The translations under genes and the position numbers were made by a program. A stretch of DNA of 64,000 bases from the IMG/VR virus record IMGVR_UViG_2687453182_000005; one strand, given 5' to 3'. Positions 38,700 to 48,174 of this stretch are shown here, piece after piece (position 1 is the stretch's first letter; every line of letters starts with the position of its first letter). The notes beneath the pieces were generated by a model. The model saw only the letters and a list, made by a program, of their open reading frames with translations, ran no database searches and was not told the origin of the DNA. Source of the stretch: an uncultured virus (IMG/VR IMGVR_UViG_2687453182_000005) (lineage: Duplodnaviria; Heunggongvirae; Uroviricota; Caudoviricetes).

Positions 38700-39456
38700 T
38701 ACTCTTTTGGAAGTTTTAAATATGCGTCACGCCCGTATCGGCGAATATAATCAGCCTTGTCACTAGCGGACATTTGAGAGCGTTTAAAATGCGCACCACC
38801 TTGTTATGTTTCCCTGCATCTGTACCAGAGGCTGCGGAATAAGTGAGGAGCACTTTCTTTAGGGATTCAATCCATTTCAATAGGTGATAATGGCGTACGA
38901 CCATCTTACCCATAATTGGATTGCCATCTTCATCAACGGCTACGGCCTGACCTTCATCGTTGATCTGAAAAATGCCTTTGGAACGTAAAATTAAATCTTC
39001 TTGAGCGCTGGTTAATGCGCCCGCTTTCCCTGCTGCGGAACGAATTTCATCGCCTAACACACGAGCACGGAATTTATTTGCAAACGCCTCTGCCTTTTCA
39101 GCTTTAGAGCTTGCTTCTTTTAACTTCTTGTCGAAATCACCACGCAAACGCTCAGTACGCTTATTGAGAACCTCGTCAATTTTGCCATCTGCAATGAGTT
39201 TAGCTTCTTCGTCATTCTCAAAGCGTTTGAGCATTCCCTTCACAGTGTCGGGATCAATACCTTCAAAGCGTTTCAAGTTATCGCCTTGCTCCTTGAGCTT
39301 GCCGAGTAACTCACTGTTTTTAGCCTTTAGCCCTGAGACCTGCTTATCGATGATGGCTTGAATCTCTGGGGTGATTTCTGGTACTCCACCCCCTCCACCT
39401 TGCGAACTATCATCAGCCTGTGAATAGTATTTGCGTTCGATATTCATAAATAACAT
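38700..39456 (-). CDS. Head scaffolding protein (C-terminal indels)
   Basis: GLKAKNSELL coiled coil; precedes the capsid gene. Confidence 0.7.
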
Positions 39457-39552
39457 GTTATTCCCCTTGGGATTGAATGCGCCTAGCGCGTTGAATTAAC
39501 TCAGCCCTAAGCTGAATTTAGGTAATAAAAAAGGCCGCATAAGCGACCAGTG

Positions 39553-39798
39553 TTAGTTTGATTTTAATCCGCGACTGATAACCCGAACCGTGTCACCGAC
39601 TATCGTTGTAATGTAAGCATGATCTGTTCGTTTAATATCAAATAATGGGATGGCGTCTTTCTTTGTGTGTTCAACCCGCGCCACGATATCTTTATTTTCT
39701 GATTCAGGATAAAACTCTAAGCGGTACATATCTCCTAAGCAGTGGACTTCTTCCACTTTACGTCCTTCACGTTCAGTAATTAATTTAAGTGCGTACAT
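39553..39798 (-). CDS. Hypothetical moron protein
   Basis: Flanked by terminators; AAGGA SD. Confidence 0.55.
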   Translation of the reverse strand: MYALKLITEREGRKVEEVHCLGDMYRLEFYPESENKDIVARVEHTKKDAIPLFDIKRTDHAYITTIVGDTVRVISRGLKSN

Positions 39799-39867
39799 AG
39801 TTATATTCCTTAGTTTTTTAAGCAACAAAAAAGGCCACCGAGGTGACCTTGTTAAATGGTTTATTGA

Positions 39868-40989
39868 TTAGCTATATCCAGCCTCTCTAAATGCTTGCTT
39901 GTCTATCTCCCTGAGCTGTTCGAGAGAAATAAACTCACCTTTGTCCGTGTAAAATTCGGATGGATGCATACCGCCCTCTTTCATCAACCTGAACCTTGTC
40001 TCTCCAAATACCTGTCGCTGTCGCCACTCAGGTTGTCGCTGTATCCAATCAAGAAAATTAGTATCCGCTGGCACTTGCCCGTCCATTGATGCTCTCGTTC
40101 CTGCATCCATCTCGTCTAAATCAATGCCTAATTCACGCCATGATTTGGTAACCAATGTTTCTGTTGAACGGCAATTGAAGTGGATTTTTCCTGGGCCTTG
40201 TAGGTAAGGAACTTTATGACCAATAGGCTTACCTTCCAGCGTGTATTTCAGTCTGTCACGAATAATACAATCGTGAGATGTTTTATTATCGAGGGTAGAT
40301 AACCACTGTTTACAATCAAGAATGTCTTTATTGGCACCAGCAAACTGATCTCGCGCTGTTGCTTGTAAATGGCTAATGGCAGTTTTAGCTATTGTCGTCG
40401 CATTAGCTCGGCTTAGTTGCAATATGCCATCTTTATAACCTTGGTTTGCATGTCCTCTGATTTTACGTCCGATTTCTACCGCGCTATCACCATTTAAATA
40501 ACCATTACGAACAGCGTTATTTATGCGTGTCATGCGATCTGACTCTAACCCATCAGCCCATTCAGAAAGTAATTTCCCTTGAAATGGGCGAGACATGACT
40601 GAGGAAAATAGCATTTCCTCTGTAATGCTCATTAGTGGATATTTGCGTAGAACAACATCAGGTAGTAGAGAATCAAAAAGGGATGGGTAATAACCAGCCT
40701 CATATAATGCATGCGCTCTCATTTCTTCCGTTAGTAGCGAAAAAGCGCTATCAACAGCTCGCTTATTAATACTTCTAACGCTGGACAGCAACGACTCCAA
40801 TCGCCTTGCAGTGAAACTATTAACATCGATGGAGGTATCATCTAAAGACACTATAAGTGAAGCAGTTAATTCAGCATCAAACTCATTAAGTGCCTTTATC
40901 ATGCGTCTAGCCACCCCTGTAGAATAGCGACCAGAAAACAGGGAGTGAGCAATCAATTCATCCATTAACCGCTCATTCACTGATCTCAT
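39868..40989 (-). CDS. Minor head protein (SPP1 gp7 / Mu F-like)
   Basis: W.STLD..TS..C and HFNCRS motifs. Confidence 0.85.
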   Translation of the reverse strand: MRSVNERLMDELIAHSLFSGRYSTGVARRMIKALNEFDAELTASLIVSLDDTSIDVNSFTARRLESLLSSVRSINKRAVDSAFSLLTEEMRAHALYEAGYYPSLFDSLLPDVVLRKYPLMSITEEMLFSSVMSRPFQGKLLSEWADGLESDRMTRINNAVRNGYLNGDSAVEIGRKIRGHANQGYKDGILQLSRANATTIAKTAISHLQATARDQFAGANKDILDCKQWLSTLDNKTSHDCIIRDRLKYTLEGKPIGHKVPYLQGPGKIHFNCRSTETLVTKSWRELGIDLDEMDAGTRASMDGQVPADTNFLDWIQRQPEWRQRQVFGETRFRLMKEGGMHPSEFYTDKGEFISLEQLREIDKQAFREAGYS

Positions 40990-42356
40990 GTCTCACCTAC
41001 CATTGTCGGCTCTTGATTATTAAGCTCATCCACCACCACATCAACATCATCAGCGGGGTCGATAACATCATATTTCTGCAAACTTCTCACTAAGTCAGAT
41101 TTACGCGTTGCGCCAGATTGCCATGCTGCGACGATTTCACGGATCATCGAACTATCGGCAATGTGATTAACGAGGTCTTTGTTAATCTCAAACGAAATGC
41201 CTGCAGTATCTAAACCTAAGTATTCAGCACACCATATTAGCGATTTACTGCATGCATCGGAAACATTAGAGCAACAGATGCTCAGGATAGAGGTTTGTGC
41301 GTTCTGTTCACCGACAGACTGAATAACCGTTTTAACTTTGCTATCAGCAGAAACCAATTGAGCACCGAGCGCAACCATATAATCGCGTTTACTGTCCATT
41401 GCTTCTTTTGCCAGCATGTTAGGTTGAGCCTGAGCGTAACCAAAGAAACCTTCTTTTGGCAACATAATTGGCGAGCGAGAACCAACCATAACGCCTTTCT
41501 TTTCTAGATAGTCACGCCATTCTGTTCCTAGCCCACCTAGATAAGGTTGTATTTGCCCACAGAAGAAAACAGAATCTTCATAATCAGCAGAGTTTCGATA
41601 ATGCCCTAGGTTGATTTTTGCCAATCCTAGAAGTGGGGCTTCATCAATAGTGTGATCATTATTCTGTGCACCAATAAATGTAAATGGAATTTCATTCCAC
41701 ACACCGTTACCAGCACGCGCAGGTATATACTCAGAAGAAATTTCAAAAACGCTACTTCCACTGGGCTTGCGATACACGCGGCAGATAAACTTACCTTCTT
41801 CTATCGCTAATACTCGGTATTGAATTGCATCTTTAAATCCAAATCCGTCCTCTTCTTCAATTGTCTCTCGCAATACCACCAGCGTTAACATCGTGCGCCC
41901 ATTAATCCGCGCTGTACGCCAATTAATGATATCTTCAGCTCGATATTGAAATATGTACGGAAGTTTAGAATCACTATTGTAATCAACATATAGCCCGTGT
42001 CGCCCTACCTCTAATACCGACTCAAGCGAGGACTGAGCGAGTTGATAAATACTTGAGCCCGCACCATCAGCATCATCTTTTAAACACGAAAGCTTTTCGA
42101 CAACAGCAACTAAGGGATCTTTTTTAAATGCCATGCCTATCATACCGTTACGGGTGTTACCTGTTATTGGGTAAAACACAGCACGGTCCTGATAGTCTTT
42201 ATTGCGTTTCCTTTTGCGTTTGCCATCTTGTTCTTCAAGCTCAGGAAGATAGCTTTTTATGTCCTCACCACCTCGACAAACAGAGCGCACTAACTCCCAC
42301 TGAGGAGCAGCCGTTTTATACTCCGGTCGAGTGAAATCTACATTTGTTGTACTCAT
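40986..42356 (-). CDS. Portal protein (DUF4055-like)
   Basis: Follows terL; IINW, IPF.FIG and NLGHY..SAD motifs. Confidence 0.85.
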   Translation of the reverse strand: MSTTNVDFTRPEYKTAAPQWELVRSVCRGGEDIKSYLPELEEQDGKRKRKRNKDYQDRAVFYPITGNTRNGMIGMAFKKDPLVAVVEKLSCLKDDADGAGSSIYQLAQSSLESVLEVGRHGLYVDYNSDSKLPYIFQYRAEDIINWRTARINGRTMLTLVVLRETIEEEDGFGFKDAIQYRVLAIEEGKFICRVYRKPSGSSVFEISSEYIPARAGNGVWNEIPFTFIGAQNNDHTIDEAPLLGLAKINLGHYRNSADYEDSVFFCGQIQPYLGGLGTEWRDYLEKKGVMVGSRSPIMLPKEGFFGYAQAQPNMLAKEAMDSKRDYMVALGAQLVSADSKVKTVIQSVGEQNAQTSILSICCSNVSDACSKSLIWCAEYLGLDTAGISFEINKDLVNHIADSSMIREIVAAWQSGATRKSDLVRSLQKYDVIDPADDVDVVVDELNNQEPTMVGET

Positions 42357-43843
42357 CAGAAGGTTGTTCCTAGGTTAATTTCGAATGCTGGACGCTTGGT
42401 ATTTCTGCGACTCACCGCAAAATACCTAAATCCGTCAGCATCATGCGACGTGTAATCGTGAAGCGGTTTATCTTTCCAACAGCCTCGCTTGTCATCCCAC
42501 TCTTTACGATAAGCTTCTAGATGAGCAATGCCTTCACTACATTTATGCTCATCAAACACGCAAAGTGGCAGAATTTCACGTACTGCCTCGATACCTTCAT
42601 CAACTGAAAGCTTCGGCACTACTTCAAATCGGATTGAGTAAATTTGTCCGTCGATTTCGTACCCCTCACGCGCTAATTCACGCCGAGATTTCGCATCCGA
42701 GCCAAACTCACGGTTATCGATATCATGAGGGCCATTGTGACTTGCATATGTGTAGCCTTTGTCTTTCAGTACTTTCATGTAGTGCCGTAGACCTTCACCA
42801 CTGTTTGAGTAGTGGTCTATAATGTGGAACTCCTCGCCCACTTCACGAATAAACCAAATTGACGTTGAGTCACCCACACCAATATCCCAGTACGTGTGAA
42901 CCGGTAAGTGCGAGTTATCAGGAAGTGTGCCAATGCGTTTATTTTCGTACAGGAAGCGGAACTGCTTGGCGTAGTAAGCGCCTTCAACCGATTGTTGGAA
43001 TGCCTCAGACGGTATTGACGGATATTCCCGTTTCATATCGTCGCCAAGCGTTTTCTCTTTGGCGTAATACCATGCTTTCTGGCGCTCATTTAATTGAACA
43101 CCATGTTTGCTGGCTATCTCATCAAAGTAATCAACTAACCGCTGGGGTAATGGCTCAACAGGATTAATGGCATACTCTGGATTCTTCCACCATGAGAAGA
43201 AAAAGAACTTCCAGTCTAGGTTAGAGAGAGTCTTATTCTGAATTTGCGCTTTCTCAGCAGACTGGCAATAATCGAAGAAATAACCTGCTCGACCCTCCGC
43301 TGTGCTTTCAATCGTCGTAAAACAATCGCTTGATACCGCCTCAAATGCGCCAGTGACAATCTCACGGGCTTTCTCTGGATACTTAGCACATATCTTACCG
43401 AACTCAGAAACGTGCAAATAACGGAGCGTACCGCCACGAAATGACGTGCTGATATAGAGCGAGCCGCCTTTGCTAAACACCAACTCACCAGCCGCATCAT
43501 TACTCGCTGGGTTAGCCGCTTTGATTTCATCAGGTAGCTTGTCATAGGCATACTTTATCTTTTCCCTGAATAGTCGCTTAGCATCGTTAAGTGTGTGGGC
43601 TATCAATGCACATTTAGCCGCCTCAAATAACGCTGCGTCCAATTGGATAATGCAGACCTCAGTAGTGAAGCCAAGCTGACGGGCTTTAAGGATAATGTTT
43701 CGCGTGTGCATCCCTTCAAAATATTCGAGTTGCTCAGGCGTCATTTTAAATCGAACTGGCTTACCTTCTTTATTGGTTATCCAGTAGAGGTGATTTAATC
43801 GCCAGAGCTTATCTCTTAATAATGCAAGATGTTCTGGCTTCAT
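42356..43843 (-). CDS. Terminase large subunit
   Basis: LKARQLGFTT Walker A, LHVSE, ESTAEG and HDADGFRY motifs. Confidence 0.92.
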   Translation of the reverse strand: MKPEHLALLRDKLWRLNHLYWITNKEGKPVRFKMTPEQLEYFEGMHTRNIILKARQLGFTTEVCIIQLDAALFEAAKCALIAHTLNDAKRLFREKIKYAYDKLPDEIKAANPASNDAAGELVFSKGGSLYISTSFRGGTLRYLHVSEFGKICAKYPEKAREIVTGAFEAVSSDCFTTIESTAEGRAGYFFDYCQSAEKAQIQNKTLSNLDWKFFFFSWWKNPEYAINPVEPLPQRLVDYFDEIASKHGVQLNERQKAWYYAKEKTLGDDMKREYPSIPSEAFQQSVEGAYYAKQFRFLYENKRIGTLPDNSHLPVHTYWDIGVGDSTSIWFIREVGEEFHIIDHYSNSGEGLRHYMKVLKDKGYTYASHNGPHDIDNREFGSDAKSRRELAREGYEIDGQIYSIRFEVVPKLSVDEGIEAVREILPLCVFDEHKCSEGIAHLEAYRKEWDDKRGCWKDKPLHDYTSHDADGFRYFAVSRRNTKRPAFEINLGTTF

Positions 43844-43845
43844 GA

Positions 43846-44447
43846 TTATTCCTTAGATAAGTCGTCCATTAGTTCTGATAGCTGACTAGCTGTCTTATTC
43901 GGCTGAGCATCATCAAGGCCGTATGCTTGACGCTCAAGTCCAACTAAATTTTTAAGTGTTTCGCTTAATGCCTTGGCTGACTTAACGCGCTCAGGCAGGG
44001 AGATGATTGAGTGATAAATTTCATTGAGTTTGTCGCGTCCGTTATCATCAGGACTAAACATTAACTCGCCAAGTTTTCTTAAGGCTGGCACATCAGCACA
44101 TTCAGCAGATAGTTCATCAAATAAGTTATTGTTAACTCTCTAGCCCTTCGAATATCGCCTCTATGCTCCATGCGGACATTAGCAATAACCTCGGCATTAG
44201 CCTCAATAAGTTGCCGTTCTGAAATAGCCTTTTCGGTGGCAACCAGACTGGCAACCTCCCTTTTGGCAACCAAGTTTTCAGCCCTAGCTTTAACCTTCGC
44301 CTTTAGATCTCGCTCCCACCCTTCTTTCTTGGCGCGCTTACTTATCGCCTGATGGGTTATCTCGTATTGAGAGGCTATTTCCCTTATGGACATCACGCCA
44401 GCTCGGTAAGCCGACTCGATGGCCTCCCAATCTGGTCTTTTAGCCAT
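43846..44447 (-). CDS. Terminase small subunit, split by one frameshift
   Basis: PDWEAIESAYRAG HTH part plus LERQAYGL C-terminal part; three GGTTGCCA repeats (44237-44271) may be the pac site. Confidence 0.8.
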
Positions 44448-44625
44448 ATCCATTCCTTTAAATTTCTTTAAACACAATTTCTTTCTTAAAACAGAGCTTC
44501 ATTAACCAAGTGCTGTTAATTAAAGCTCCGATAATAAACAATGGATACATGTAACGGCGCAGTGTCATTTTGTAATGCAGTGTTCCTGTTTTCATATTCC
44601 ACCCAATAAAAAAGGCCACTAGGGC

Positions 44626-44784
44626 CTATTTGGTTTTCTGTTTGTTGACTAATTTGCCTAACTCGCGCTCGACGATTTCAGCAACTATCCGCCCCTCATC
44701 AACTCTGCCACAGTGTAAGCATTCAAGTGATTGCTGTAATTGACGATGGAGAGTATCTAGCCAGTCTTTTTCTTGTTTGGTCAC
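44626..44784 (-). CDS. Hypothetical protein (52 aa)
   Basis: GTG start overlapping the upstream stop; MTKQEKDWLDTLHRQL... Confidence 0.5.
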   Translation of the reverse strand: MTKQEKDWLDTLHRQLQQSLECLHCGRVDEGRIVAEIVERELGKLVNKQKTK

Positions 44785-44987
44785 GCCTTCTCCTTAGCGA
44801 ACTTACTCGCCCACACTTTGGCAATATGTAAGCAGTCGTCAAACATTCGCCCTTTTCTACTTGCTTGAGAGCTTCGGCGATAATGATCTACCGCCATGTA
44901 ACTTGCTCTACGACAAACAGGCAAAGAAAAGCCGAGCTTTTTTAACTCGGCTAGTACGTTCTGCTCTATGAATTGTTCGTGGTTCAT
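44781..44987 (-). CDS. Hypothetical phage protein
   Basis: ATGA coupling to the upstream gene. Confidence 0.6.
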   Translation of the reverse strand: MNHEQFIEQNVLAELKKLGFSLPVCRRASYMAVDHYRRSSQASRKGRMFDDCLHIAKVWASKFAKEKA

Positions 44988-45568
44988 GCCGGCTCTTCTC
45001 CATCTGGAAATTCGCCCATATCAGGTAAGGTTAATTGTGATAGTTCTTTAATTGCCTTCTTCGCTTTGCGTATTTTCTTTAAGTGACGCTTGCGTAAATT
45101 CATTAAGTCACTACCTTTCCTGCCAAAGTTCTCGAACGACCAGTTATCGGCTGCTACTAATCTATTTTGCATCTCATTGATAGTCAGGGTTTTAAGCTCA
45201 TTCATGTCAAGGTTTGCTAACCCCGTTTGTGGTTTTGACTCTTTTTCAGCTAGATCAAGCAACCATCGACGCAAGGCTTTCGCTACATCTGTATTAGCTA
45301 ACATTCCGATTAGATGCGCACCTCTAACAGAGAAGATCCTGACCTTTTTCTTACGTAAGTTGTTGTTTATTCCATTGGTCATTGTTTCAGTGACCATTGT
45401 CATATCATCAGAAAACTCATCTTTATTGGCGTTATATAGATTGGTTACTGACTTCTCATTTTTGTATTCGAGAAGCTTAGCCATCTAAGAGCTGGTAAAC
45501 CAAATCTTATTATCACCATTATCAAATGGAGTAATTTCATTACCTTTGAAAACTAATGATTTGCTCAT
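44984..45568 (-). pseudogene. Bro-N-like DNA-binding protein with in-frame TAG at 45485-45487
   Basis: MSKSLVFKG..IWFTSS*MAKLL.Y..LY..N.DEF..RIFS.RGAHLI.M.A.T..AK..R.W.LD. Confidence 0.75.
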
Positions 45569-45852
45569 GGTGTAAATCCTTATAGAAAAGCGAACCTGTT
45601 CACCAGAAATAACCGCCCCACAGAAAACACCATTAACGGTTTTTCTCAGGTTCGACTTTCTGTAAGGTTCTGTGAGTGTTTTTAATTGCGCGGTGAATGC
45701 GCCGATGAAATGTGTAGAGTTCGCGTTCCTAGCAGTCAAGATATGATCACTCTCCTTAATGGATAAACGACTTATCTAATTGCTGATATATATATTTACT
45801 TAAGCTATACTAAGTAGCTATCGCTACACTTTGATTGATATCTTGTTAGTTT

Positions 45853-45879
45853 GCCCAGCCCCCATGCTGGGCTTTTTTT
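45853..45879 (+). terminator. Plus-strand intrinsic terminator inside the late region
   Basis: GCCCAGC-CCCCAT-GCTGGGC-TTTTTTT. Confidence 0.8.
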
Positions 45880-45949
45880 ATTCTTTTGGAATGCTTTTAT
45901 CCAATTCTTCACGGAATTGAGTTGGGTTATCGAAACCTTGTGCTGCCAT
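45878..45949 (-). CDS. 23-aa peptide MAAQGFDNPTQFREELDKSIPKE
   Basis: GGAG SD; lies after the spanins. Confidence 0.5.
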   Translation of the reverse strand: MAAQGFDNPTQFREELDKSIPKE

Positions 45950-45976
45950 GATATTTCTCCATTAAAAAGCCCCTAA

Positions 45977-46231
45977 TTACTTAGAGGCTCGTTGTTGTTC
46001 AATTTCCCGTATTGCTTTCTTGTCTGAATTACATTGCTCAATAACCGATAACAGGGAGATGTTTAACATTAACGATTCTCCCCATGTCATTTGTTCGGGT
46101 ATATAGGGCAATAGACAATCAGCGGTTAGGTGTGCCGGTATCGCTATGTGTTCCACTGGCACGTATTCTTTCTGAATAGTCGTGCATCCTGATAAGAGCG
46201 TCACTAGGAATAGTAGTATTGGCGCAATCAT
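45977..46231 (-). CDS. o-spanin lipoprotein
   Basis: Lipobox LSGC; IEQCNSDKKAIR. Confidence 0.8.
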   Translation of the reverse strand: MIAPILLFLVTLLSGCTTIQKEYVPVEHIAIPAHLTADCLLPYIPEQMTWGESLMLNISLLSVIEQCNSDKKAIREIEQQRASK

Positions 46232-46496
46232 TATTGACAAGAACAGTTTTGATAACCGTTTTAACTTTTTCAGAATCCACGGCTGACCTATTCCGCTCTT
46301 CGCTATTAAGTGATGAGACATTATTGATAATCCTGAATGTGCGGTTGGCGTTTTCTGTAATGGATTGCTGGCGAGATAGCTGATTGGTTGCTGTGTTGTA
46401 ATCTTTGCTCAGCTTGTCGTAGTCATCTATTACCCACCATAGCCAGAATGCAGATATTGCCAGTAGTCCAGCTAATACCTTAGTTAGCGTGTTCAT
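46119..46496 (-). CDS. i-spanin
   Basis: N-terminal TM and coiled coil; overlaps the o-spanin. Confidence 0.8.
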   Translation of the reverse strand: MNTLTKVLAGLLAISAFWLWWVIDDYDKLSKDYNTATNQLSRQQSITENANRTFRIINNVSSLNSEERNRSAVDSEKVKTVIKTVLVNNDCANTTIPSDALIRMHDYSERIRASGTHSDTGTPNR

Positions 46497-46497
46497 A

Positions 46498-46830
46498 TCA
46501 CTTAACGCCATTGTGCTCTAACGAGTAGTGATTACCGTCATTGAAACGACCGCCCCATGTACCGCCGATAGATTCCCAATATTCACCAAGCAATTTATGG
46601 TCACTTGATGCTGTTAGATATTTACCGTCTTTAAATAGGTTGAAATCCACAGCTAGCCGCTGGGTATGCAAGCTATTTTTAATACCAGCACCTGATTTAG
46701 CATTTAATTGTGCTTGCTCAGGCGTTCTGTATGCTTCTGAAAACGTCAGCTCATAGCCGTTGTCATAAGCAAAGATAATTAAGTCCGCAATCATGCGAGT
46801 GAATTTTCGTTGTTTCTCACCGAGTGTCAT
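46498..46830 (-). CDS. Endolysin, M15 peptidase
   Basis: SLH..RLAVD and WGGRF.D.NH motifs. Confidence 0.9.
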   Translation of the reverse strand: MTLGEKQRKFTRMIADLIIFAYDNGYELTFSEAYRTPEQAQLNAKSGAGIKNSLHTQRLAVDFNLFKDGKYLTASSDHKLLGEYWESIGGTWGGRFNDGNHYSLEHNGVK

Positions 46831-47110
46831 TTTTACTAACCCCTCTAAATATTTGCATTACATTCCCACGGCTAAGAATTATTAGTGCGCATAGCGTGAT
46901 ATTGATTCCGACTTCAAATGGATCTGCATGGGCGTAGTCATTCGTTAATATGCGTAGTGGGATAGAACCCAGCATAACAATGAGAACCCATGCTATAAGT
47001 GACGGAAAGAATTTGTATTTAGCGCCGTTACGCTCATAGTTAACAAGACGAATAACAGCGAATAAGCATGAGAAAAAATTGACGTAAATCCAAAACATTG
47101 AGATGGTCAT
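46817..47110 (-). CDS. Holin-like membrane protein
   Basis: Three TM segments; RGNV motif. Confidence 0.7.
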   Translation of the reverse strand: MTISMFWIYVNFFSCLFAVIRLVNYERNGAKYKFFPSLIAWVLIVMLGSIPLRILTNDYAHADPFEVGINITLCALIILSRGNVMQIFRGVSKNDTR

Positions 47111-47496
47111 CTTCCACCTCCTCTGAATTTATCTATCAGGTTGTTAATAACGTTGTTGATACTGTCTGTGAGCGCACCGGGTTTAGATATTGTTACCAGT
47201 ACACCAACTAAACCAGCCGATGAGAACATAGCACCAACAGAGCGATCAACCTCTCTATCTCCGACAATACCACTCAGTAGTGACGACATGAAATCAGCGC
47301 CTAATATCCCAATCGCAAATGCAACCGTGAAATACGCCCATCGTTTTAATAGCCGGATATCATGAGCAGACAATACAAATATCACCGCCCCTGCGAACGC
47401 ACCAATAACAACGCCTGCGTCCATACCTGAATAGAGACCTACAATAGAGACACCCGCTAACGAGGCGGTTGCTGTGCCTGTTAACGGCTCTTGCAT
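47107..47496 (-). CDS. Putative holin
   Basis: EPLT and GAFAGAV.FV motifs; multiple TM segments. Confidence 0.75.
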   Translation of the reverse strand: MQEPLTGTATASLAGVSIVGLYSGMDAGVVIGAFAGAVIFVLSAHDIRLLKRWAYFTVAFAIGILGADFMSSLLSGIVGDREVDRSVGAMFSSAGLVGVLVTISKPGALTDSINNVINNLIDKFRGGGR

Positions 47497-47568
47497 ATAT
47501 GTAGTCCTGAGTTTTATTAATGTGAGTAAGTTAAACGTGCGAATATTAGACTTAAGATAAACTAATGG

Positions 47569-47621
47569 GTCAGCCCAGTGTAATTGACCGAAGGAATGGC
47601 TGACTTACTTCGGTGGAGAAT
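47569..47621 (+). promoter_or_regulatory. Conserved structured leader, copy 2 (pseudoknot candidate)
   Basis: GTCAGCC/GGCTGAC and ACCGAAG/CTTCGGT 7-bp stems; GGAG SD follows. Confidence 0.65.
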
Positions 47622-47625
47622 ATTG

Positions 47626-47868
47626 ATGCCGATTGTTGAAAAAGATAAAACACTCAGAGAAATACAAGATGAAGTTGCAGCACTTCGAATCGCATTCGGA
47701 TATCTCGGATGTGTAATTCCGCGTGATAATGCACTTGCTCTCGCAGGTGTGATTACGGCAACAGTTGATCACCAAGGGTTTGATGATAGTGTAAAAGAAA
47801 AACTAAAACATCTTGCTGAACAATTAAAAGAAAACGCCCTGGAGCAAGGTAAGTTTACTCAATTGTAG
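47626..47868 (+). CDS. Small helical moron protein, YecF/IraP-like (80 aa)
   Basis: TLREIQDEVAALRIAF resembles recalled YecF QELANEVSCLKAML; SD supports the start. Confidence 0.5.
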   Translation: MPIVEKDKTLREIQDEVAALRIAFGYLGCVIPRDNALALAGVITATVDHQGFDDSVKEKLKHLAEQLKENALEQGKFTQL

Positions 47869-47871
47869 TCA

Positions 47872-48087
47872 TTAAGAACGGAGCTTTGTTGGGGGTGCTG
47901 TTAATTTATCTACAAAAATAACATCATCTCCACACTCTGCTGACTTACCTATTCTATTGCTTAAGGTGAGGATAGCTTCACTTTGCTGGAGTAATGCAAG
48001 CTCTAATGCTTCTACTTGCTCCTCTAGGTTCAAATTACCATCCGTGCCAATAACCCCTGAAAATCCACCTTCATTTTGATTACTCAT
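47872..48087 (-). CDS. Hypothetical protein (71 aa)
   Basis: GAGGT SD; LEEQVEALELAL coiled coil. Confidence 0.55.
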   Translation of the reverse strand: MSNQNEGGFSGVIGTDGNLNLEEQVEALELALLQQSEAILTLSNRIGKSAECGDDVIFVDKLTAPPTKLRS

Positions 48088-48174
48088 AACTACCTCTCTT
48101 AAATAGAACGCCGACTCACAGCTCTTGTGTGAATGTGAGGTGTTGTGATTTATTCTGTGGTCGGCATATACGAA

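Noticed and set aside
45783..45798. LexA box CTGATATATATATTTA
   Set aside because: Lacks the CAG half-site.
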